Shown here: one piece after another, positions 55,740 through 64,000 of the stretch
Numbering within the stretch: the first letter of the stretch is position 1
Layout of the letters: the number at the start of each line of letters is the position of its first letter
Source of the DNA: the human T2T-CHM13v2.0 reference genome, Homo sapiens
Assembly: GCF_009914755.1 (NCBI RefSeq)
Contig: NC_060926.1
Strand: one strand, 5' to 3'
DNA: 64,000 nt
Translations under genes and position numbers: made by a program
Notes under the pieces: model-generated
The model's input: the letters and a program-made list of their open reading frames with translations, nothing else
The model's database searches: none
Told to the model about the DNA's origin: nothing

Positions 55740-56789
55740 CAGAGAAAGAGAGAGCTAGTTGGATACCAATGTCTGAACTCCATACCCCAACAGGGACCTC
55801 GTTTTGTATGACTGCCACAGAAACGAGCACAGAGAGGGGCAAGATAATGTAAGGAACAGGGTAGGGGAGGAAAAAATGGCCGTTTTAAAAGGAATGACAA
55901 GGTTGGGTGAAACATAAAAAGCCACTCCATAGCCAAGAGAGATTAAAAAGAGCTCAAGAGGGTCATGTTGCTTCCCATTTCCCCTTACCTGATTCTTGCT
56001 GCCACTCCATTGGTTAAGTTTTACAGGTTGCAGTAACTGGCAAGGAAGAGGTGTGCCTCTCAGCTGTTCACAATGCAGAATCTTGAAAAGGTCAACATAG
56101 TAGCAGTATGACAGGCCATGTAAGTCATTATGTGCTTTATAATTCATTTGTAAGTAGAATGAGAACTGGAGCAAATTAAATGTAAACTCTGCCATAGGAC
56201 CTCTAAAAACATGTTAGTCATATGGAAAGCTAGGTTTTGTTTTCTATCTAGAAAGACAAACAAATATTTCTTCACAAATGTGTTACTTTCCTGAGGAGAG
56301 CAGAAATGGGAGATAAATCCATTTGCTGCAAAGTGGTTTAAAGAAAATATATTGGCAGCAGGAGGAAGGTGGTTTAGGGAGATGATATGTAATAGAATAC
56401 ATATACAAGTACTATGAGCGTTGAGATTCAGGTTAGTGCTAATTAGACATTTCCTGATCAGTGAAAATCGTAAGACTTTCAAAGTCCTGTATTTTAAGAA
56501 ATAGTAAAATCTATCAGGTAAGATAATATATTTATGACTTACCGCAGTATTTTTGTGATGGTTCTGTTCTTTGTGAAGCCTTATTTTGCATTGAAATTGG
56601 CACAATTTTACACCGTTAACCAAATTTTCTTTTAATGGAAACTCACACACACATAGCACATTCTTTAGTACTAAGATGCTAAAGTTGCTGAACATGCTAC
56701 AGGTGATTATGAGGCAGTAGTGAAAGAGTTAATTATCCATCATTCCTCCCCCCTACCCTAGACATCCCACTGTGCCTCTGTTATAGACT

Positions 56790-56985
56790 TAGGCACAGTT
56801 CCTAATGGCAAAATCTATTAGAATGCACAATATTCTCCCAAGGGAGCTGGTGGAAGTTCTGTCACTTGAGACATTTAAAACTACACTGGGTAAAGCACTA
56901 GAGAGCTGTGAGTGCATGTGTTCCAACCCTCAGGACAGAAATCATGACCTAATGGGTGATTTCTATCCCTTAATGTCTCTGATTC
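56790..56985 (+). mobile_element. Ancient CR1-clade LINE 3' end
   Basis: NILPRELVEVLSLETFKTTLGKAL resembles the CR1 ORF2 C-terminus (WNxLPxEVVEAPSLExFKxRLDKAL), followed by atgacctaatgggt...tctctgattc 3' UTR. Confidence 0.75.
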
Positions 56986-57177
56986 GCTGGGTGTTTTAAT
57001 AGCTCCCTCATATTTAAGTAGATGACCAACGGTCTATTTTTTTTTAATGGAACTTGAGTTTGGTCTGTAAAGTGTCAAGACAGAGGTGACAAAACAAACC
57101 ACAGGGGAATGGAGGAAGCCTCGTGGAAATTTAGTTGGTTTGAAGGAGGGTTGAGCAAACACAACAGTGTATTCGGG

Positions 57178-57415
57178 TTTAGCAAATGCCTTGACTTCTT
57201 TTTTTTTTTTTTTTTCAAATGTTTTCAGTTCAAGGAAACCCAAAACACATTTGGCTAAACAGTTTTTCCTTAATTTTCAAACCCATGTGTATTTCAAGGG
57301 AAATTTAATCCATGTGTTTCTGATTCATTTACACTTAGCTCATCAAAATGTGGTTTCATAAGACCCATTTGATGTCTAAGAAGCCTTGTGAGCTTTTTTT
57401 TTTACAAGCTTTTTT
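57178..57415. mobile_element. Ancient conserved repeat, MER135-like
   Basis: ttttcaaacccatgtgtatttcaagggaaatttaatccatgtgtttctgattcatttacacttagctcatcaaaatg matches my recollection of MER135; not verified. Confidence 0.6.
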
Positions 57416-59911
57416 TCTTTGAACCAGGAAGTTACATTTTGCCAAGAGTCAATGGAACTTCAACCAGAAAAGAATCAGTTTTGTTTGGGATCTTGGAATC
57501 CTCAAAGTTGGTGGGAGCTAATGAGCCGGGAGGGGAGGGGAGGAGAAGCTGATTCAGAGAGCAGGAACCTTCCCATTTCTAATATGTTATCTGTTCAGAT
57601 AACTTGAAAATCTAATTTTCTCTCAGTTTATAGTAGAAAATTCATCTTCAATTTTTGAAAATCTTGTGGAAAACATGAGCATGAATTTTATTACAGGGTC
57701 CAATGCTGTCACATGATCTGATAATCATCCACTAGTGAGTCTGTGGGTGATGAGTATCAGAGCAGTAATGACATACTTATCTTAGAGGCAATTATTAAGA
57801 AGTGACTCACAAAAGTGTTTAGATTGGCCATTTTTTTAATATTTAAAAAAGCTTCCTCTGCCTGGTTGTTGTCGCTCTGTGCACAACACTACTGGTTATT
57901 TAAGAAACAAGACAAATAAGACTCAGTGAATGTGCTGATTCAGGTGCACACAATCCCCTATCTCATTGCTGGTGTTGCTAAAGAGCATCTGGGGTAAGGA
58001 AACATGCATCCGGTCCATCCGTCAAGAGTCCATGAGAAAGCCAACAATGTTTGCACCTGCAGGATGAATTACATCTTTGGTGAGTGTGGGAAGCTACATA
58101 ATGAGACAGCTGAGTGGCTGACATTTCTTTTTTCTTGCTCCTTCTGCACCTTCTTTTTGCACTACCTTCATTTTTCCCACTTCCTCTCCCTTTTCCCCAC
58201 CTTTATACAATCACCACCAATAATGGAGCAAATGTGGCACATCCATCCAAGGATGGGTTGACATGGTTTACACATTGCTTTCATTTGGTTGTTCTTTGGA
58301 TGAATTCTTCCTTGAGAACAAGATAATGAAAACCATACGGTCATTGAGCACACAATCTGCCTTCACTTTGGCTGTTCCCTCGCAGCCTGTTTCATTTTAT
58401 AAAGCCTGGTCCCTGAGTTTACGCCAGTAGAAGATCCCAAGCAGGTGGAATCCTGCCCCCTATGGGCTTGCAGAATTCAGCAAACACTGTCAGTTTAGCT
58501 CTTGCCTGTCACCCATACATCAGAGAACTTATTTGAATGGAACATCTCTTGCTAGTCTGGTAAAGGTTTAGAAACTTGGCCTTCTAAGTATTCATGTAAG
58601 TTCTGTTCTGGGACCTTCATTGTAGGAACTGAAAATGAAAGAACCAAAATAGATATCAACAGATAATTAAAGGAACGTTTGGAAGTTTTTTACCTCATGC
58701 AAACCTCAAACTCTGAACCACTACTGCCTAAAGGAAATAAATACTGTGTTATGGTGAGTGAAGGTAAAGGTGTACTTTATTTCTTGGATGAGTTTTGACA
58801 GTGTAAAACAAAATGATAAGTTTTTAACTATGGCAGAAAGTTCAGACAACAGGTGTGAGGGAAAAGAATTATTCATTGATTCAAAGTCCCATACAAGTGA
58901 GTGAAATGGCTAAAAGCAATAAAATTACAGATGACGTCTTTGGAATTTAAACAAAAGAAGTTTATTTTCACTTTCTAATTTGTAGCTTGCTTTTATAGAC
59001 ACCAAAGAAACATCACAGAAATATTAAATTATTCTCTGAAAATACAAAGATAAAAACTATTGAGGTTTAAGATAGAAGATATTTTCTCTTAAAATTGGCT
59101 ATGATACTTCTACACTGATAGAACTTATGAAAATAGCCAATCTATTATGACTAATTTAATTTTCTTTCCCAAAGATACATAATTCAGAATAAAAACCGTA
59201 ATCAATGCCCAAAACACAAATCTCATACATCTTGCTAATGCTGGAGAAATAGTGTCAAGTTCTTTTTCAGTACAAATATATGCAGTACTTTTACTATGTT
59301 TTGTTTTTAATTCTCAGAAATCCTTATTATTAATCAAGCAAAACAAGCTTTTTATAATATAGAATTATCCTTCCGCTGTAAGAGTAGAAGCAAAGTAATT
59401 CAAAGTAAAATATGAAAAGTGCTATAATTTAGTAAGAGATGGAAAGAAATTTAGAATAATTTTGTTCAAACTCATAATTTTATGATTGAAGAAACAAAAA
59501 TCCAGAGTGTTTAGGAGTTTGTTCAAAGTTCAAAACCTGGAATCTCTAAGGTTGGATATCAGAAGTCAGCTCTAAATACAAGTTCAGTGCTATTTTAACA
59601 ATCAATAAAATTTCTAAGAGCAATATATTCCTGAGATGGAACACATCAGAAAAGACTATAGGGATTCTTTGAATTTGGAAAGTTCTTACTAGGTAGAAAT
59701 TCCAATAAATACAACAGATTAAAATGGAACTCATTCACTGAGGTGGAGTTGGAAACCCTAGGGTCTCATTTGTTAGCTCCTCTCACCCACTCCTTCTGAG
59801 GGCCCTCTGAATACCTTGTAAAAACTCCAAGAGTTTCTTAGGACACTGTCTTAAAACCACCAATAATATTCCCAGTTGTGGTGAGTAGACTCAAAAGTGA
59901 CCCCAATGACC

Positions 59912-60641
59912 CTACAAAGTACCACAGACTGGGTGGCTGAAACAACAGACATTTATTTTCTCATGAGTCTGGAGGTTAGAAGTTTGAGATCAAGGTGTCA
60001 GCAGAGTTGGCTTCTGAGGCCTCTCTCCTTGGCTTGTTGATGGCCATCTTCTCTCTGTGTCTTCACATGGTCTTCCTTCTGCACTTGTCTGTCTCTTAAT
60101 TTCTTCTTGTAAGAACACCCATCATTGCATTAGGGCCTGCCCTAGTGACCCCATTTTAACTTAATTATCTGTTTAAAGACTTTATGTCTGAGTTTAATTA
60201 AGCTAATACAACAAAATACCTTAGACTGGGTAATTTATAAACATCAGAAACTTATTGCTCATAATTCTAGACACTGGGAAGTCCAAAATGAAGGCACCAG
60301 CAGAGTCAGTGTCTGGTGATGGCTCACTCTGCTTCAAAGATGATGCCTTCTCAAGTGTCCTCACAAGGTGAAAGGGTGAGGCATCTCTCTGGGGTCTCTT
60401 TTATCAGGACAGCAATCTCATTCACAACAGCAGAGCCCTCATGACCTAATCATCTCCCAAAGGTCCCACCCCCTAATATCATCACCTTGGTGAGTAGGTT
60501 TCAATATATGAATGTTGTGGGTATGCAAACATTCAGACGATAGTACCTTATCTCTAAATACAGTTACATTCTGGGGTACAGTGGGCTTTGACATATAAAT
60601 TTGTGGGTTGTGGGGAAGCAGGCATTTTTCAGCTCCTAACA
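59912..60641 (-). mobile_element. MLT1B-like solo LTR inserted in the MLT1E 5' LTR
   Basis: acaaagtaccacagactgggtggc...gagatcaaggtgtcagcag...ttaacttaattatctgtttaaagac|cttatctctaaatacagttacattctg. Confidence 0.85.
60185..60545 (-). mobile_element. MLT1A0-like solo LTR nested in MLT1B
   Basis: acaaaataccttagactgggtaatttataaac...gagccctcatgacctaatcatctcccaaagg...aacattcagacgatagta; TSD cttta/cctta. Confidence 0.85.
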
Positions 60642-61242
60642 CTCACCTTTCTATATTATCCCTTTGTATCATACCCTCCCCTTGGGTGGGAAATTTGACT
60701 TGATTCTAATCTATAGAATATGACAAAAGTGATAGGAGTCACTTTATCACTTCATGATTATGTCACATGATAAAATAACCTGTCTTGTTCTAGAGATTTT
60801 CTGTCTCTCTTATAGACTTTGAAAAAGTGAAGTGGCCATGTTAGGAGGCCCAGATGGTAAGGAGCTGAGGGAGGCCTCCAGGAAATGGCCAGCAAGAAGC
60901 CGGCTCCCTCAGCCTTGTAGCTACAAGAAAATGAATTCTGCCAGCAATCTGAGTGAACTTGGAAGCTGATTCTTCCTCTGTCAAGCCTCCAGATGAGAAT
61001 CTCAGTCACAGCCAACACCTTGACTGCAGTCCTTAGCAGAGGACTCTGCCAAGCTGTGCCAGGACTCCTGACCTGCAGAAATTGTGAGGTAAGACATATG
61101 CATTGTTTTAGGACACTAAGGTTGTGATAATTTGTTACTAGTATGGAAAACTAATACCTAAACTCTCAGAGTGGTTTTGGAACCAGGCTGTGGGTGCAGG
61201 CAGGGGAAATTTTGAGAAACACGATAGAAAATGCCTAGATAG

Positions 61243-61712
<470 letters not shown>

Positions 61713-63399
61713 TCATAGAGTGGCAGAAAAATTAGCAAAATTGTCTCCTACGGTTACACGGAAAGCAGAACTTGTTAGTGATGCATGTGGTCATATAGCT
61801 GATTTCCAAGCTAAGTGTTGAAGGTGCTGCCTTGTTTATTCTTGCTGATTATAGTAAAATGTGAGAGAAGAGAGATAAATTGAGGACAGAACTACTAAAA
61901 AAAGGAACCAGGACTTGATGATTTTGAAAATTCTCAGTCTCTCCAGATGGCAAAAAAAAAAAAAAAAATTAAAATTAAGGGATTTGCTGTCAAGAAAGCT
62001 TGCTCTGGAGAGAAAGCAGAGGATGTGACTCTACAGTCTTTTACTAAAGCCTCGGAAAGATTAAAAGGTTAGGGTATTCAGTAACGCAAAGGGCTCTTTC
62101 AAGAGATTAAGGCTGTGCCTCACAGATTCTCCCAGTCAAACCGTAAAGGTTCCACTGAGTAAATGGTGGTGTGCTTTAGTCATTTTAGCAGGATGCCAAA
62201 GAAGAGAAGGGATTTACTCAAAAAGATCTGTGGGCCTGGCTTTTGTCTAATGGAATGAACCCCTTTAAAATCCACAGGAGACCCACAAAGTACTTAAGAT
62301 AATTGTTTCAATGAAGGTGCTACCAGCTTGGACTAAAAAGGACAGAGTACATGTGAAAGGAGGCTGTCAAACTCCCAAAATTCTACTGGCAGGAAATACT
62401 GATAAAACTACTCAGCTGCTACCTTTTATGAAAAAGGAAGGGTGACTCAGAAAGCAGAACCAAGAACTAAGAAGGCGGAGCCTAGAGCCGCATGGAATTA
62501 TCCTTATGTCTTGAAACCTCTTCCAGAAATCAAACCTTTGCCTGGCTGGATATCACGGCTGCCATGGAGCAGTGACTTCCTTTTATCTTTCATTTCCCCC
62601 CTTTTTGAACTGGACTGTCTATAGATGTTATTTTTGGTCTGTCCCACGAATTTATATTGAGTTTGTTGAAGGCAGATAACTTGTGTCTTTAGTTTCACAG
62701 GATCACAGATGGAGAGGAATCGTGCCTCAGGAGCTAGCTATACTTAACAGATTATCGCCAGAAACCTCATTTTTACCTAGACCTGATTTAAATGATGAGA
62801 TTTTGAATGTTGAGCTGGTTCTATAATGGGATGAGACTCAGGAAATTTGGGAGGGGGTGAATTTATTTTGCATGTGAGAGAGACATTAATCGTTGGTGGC
62901 TGGAGAGTAGACTGCAGTAGACAGAAGCTAAAATGGCCCTGAAGGTCTTCACTTTCATGCCCCTGTATAATCCCTTCCCTTAGAGTGTGGGTAGGGCCTG
63001 TAATTTGCTTCTAATTAATAGAATATATACAAGGTTATAGAACATCACTCCCAAGATAATGTTACATTATATAGGAACTGTCTTGCTGGAAATCTCTCTA
63101 TGATGCTGATTTTGCATAAACACGCTGCCGTGAGTCTTAGAGTCACATGAAAATGAATTCTTTCAACATCTTCAATCAAGTTCTACGTGGGCCTGTCCTC
63201 AGGCAAGCCTCTAGATTAGAAATACCTGTTTGTTTGTTAATCTCTTTTTGTGTCCTCTCACCTATACATGGACATGTTGTCTTCAAGGTCAAGAGTTTGT
63301 AAGCTTCTGAAATTAGAGGTTATGGCAGTCATCTCTACTGTCTCCTGACACTTCCTGGGGTAGGACTGGTACTCAGATGCATGAGTAAATGAAAGTCAG

Positions 63400-63832
63400 G
63401 GTTAACTTCTTCAAAAACCCAAATCTTTTTTCTCTACTAAGCAAGTTAGTTTATTCTTTACACTGGCTCTTTTCAAGCTTATAAGATGGGTGCCCTAGAT
63501 CCAGATATACAATAAAGATAAAATGATGTAGAGCAGAAAATGAGAAACTATTTCTATTTACTGTTTCTTTTTATCAGTAAGGAAACATTTCCCAGAGACC
63601 CCTAAGATAATCCTTTCATATATCTCATTGGCCAGTCCTGGGTCACATGCCCACCATATAATTATTCCCTGGCAAGCAGATTGGTAAAACAATCGCAACC
63701 TGCTAAGACCAGCGATGATTTTTCTGAGTTGCTGGGGAAGAAGTGGACACACGTTAACAAAATTTAGATCTAACAACATGAGGAAAAAGGGGAATTTGCT
63801 GTTGCTTGGACAAACAATAGTATCTTCTTCAA
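63400..63832 (-). mobile_element. Old MaLR LTR (MLT1J/K/L-like)
   Basis: tttcccagag...atctcattggccagtcctgggtcacatgcccacc...ggacaaacaatagtatc. Confidence 0.65.
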
Positions 63833-63879
63833 GAACATAGCACAATTTTACAAATAATTGTATTATAAAATCACTGAAA

Positions 63880-63985
63880 AATCCATAAATATTTATTGAG
63901 CAACTCCTATGGGTAGTATTCTGGGAGCTAGAGGTGCAATAGTGAAAAGTAGAGTTTCTTTTTCCTACTTCAAATGAGTAATGTC
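63880..63985 (-). mobile_element. L2 3' end
   Basis: aaatatttattgagcaactcctatggg...ttctgggagctagaggtgcaatagtgaa. Confidence 0.7.
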
Positions 63986-64000
63986 ACATGCTGATAGTAT

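Noticed and set aside
55755-56695. 183-aa and 146-aa minus ORFs
   Set aside because: Composition typical of chance ORFs in AT-rich DNA (F/L/K/N-rich), no recognisable homology or exon structure.
57195-57450. Possible minus-strand processed pseudogene (poly-T at ~57199-57215)
   Set aside because: No convincing TSD, polyadenylation signal or coding remnant; better explained as an expanded T-run within the MER135-like repeat.

Overview
AT-rich, CpG-depleted primate genomic DNA. AluY-type copies and Hsmar1 point to a catarrhine, probably human; I cannot identify the locus. It looks intergenic or deep-intronic. I find no supportable protein-coding gene, RNA gene or CRISPR array. The ORF track is explained by Alu/L1 fragments, dead transposases and chance. 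The window is a layered transposon fossil record: Alus, old L1M copies, L2/MIR/CR1, MaLR/ERVL LTRs, a full-length dead Hsmar1 mariner, two opposed MER47A copies, a hAT BLACKJACK-type transposase fossil and a nested MLT1E-like provirus. The most interesting items are an ancient-looking ~85-bp palindrome (18.4 kb), a template-switch-like fold-back (6.1 kb), a 90-bp twin-primed L1 insertion (36.4 kb), adjacent CR1 and MER135-like relics that may be exapted (56.8-57.4 kb) and a few speculative micro-exons. I see no convincing evidence for a new multi-gene biological system. Repeat family names come from recalled consensus sequences, not a database search, so subfamily calls and old-element boundaries are approximate.
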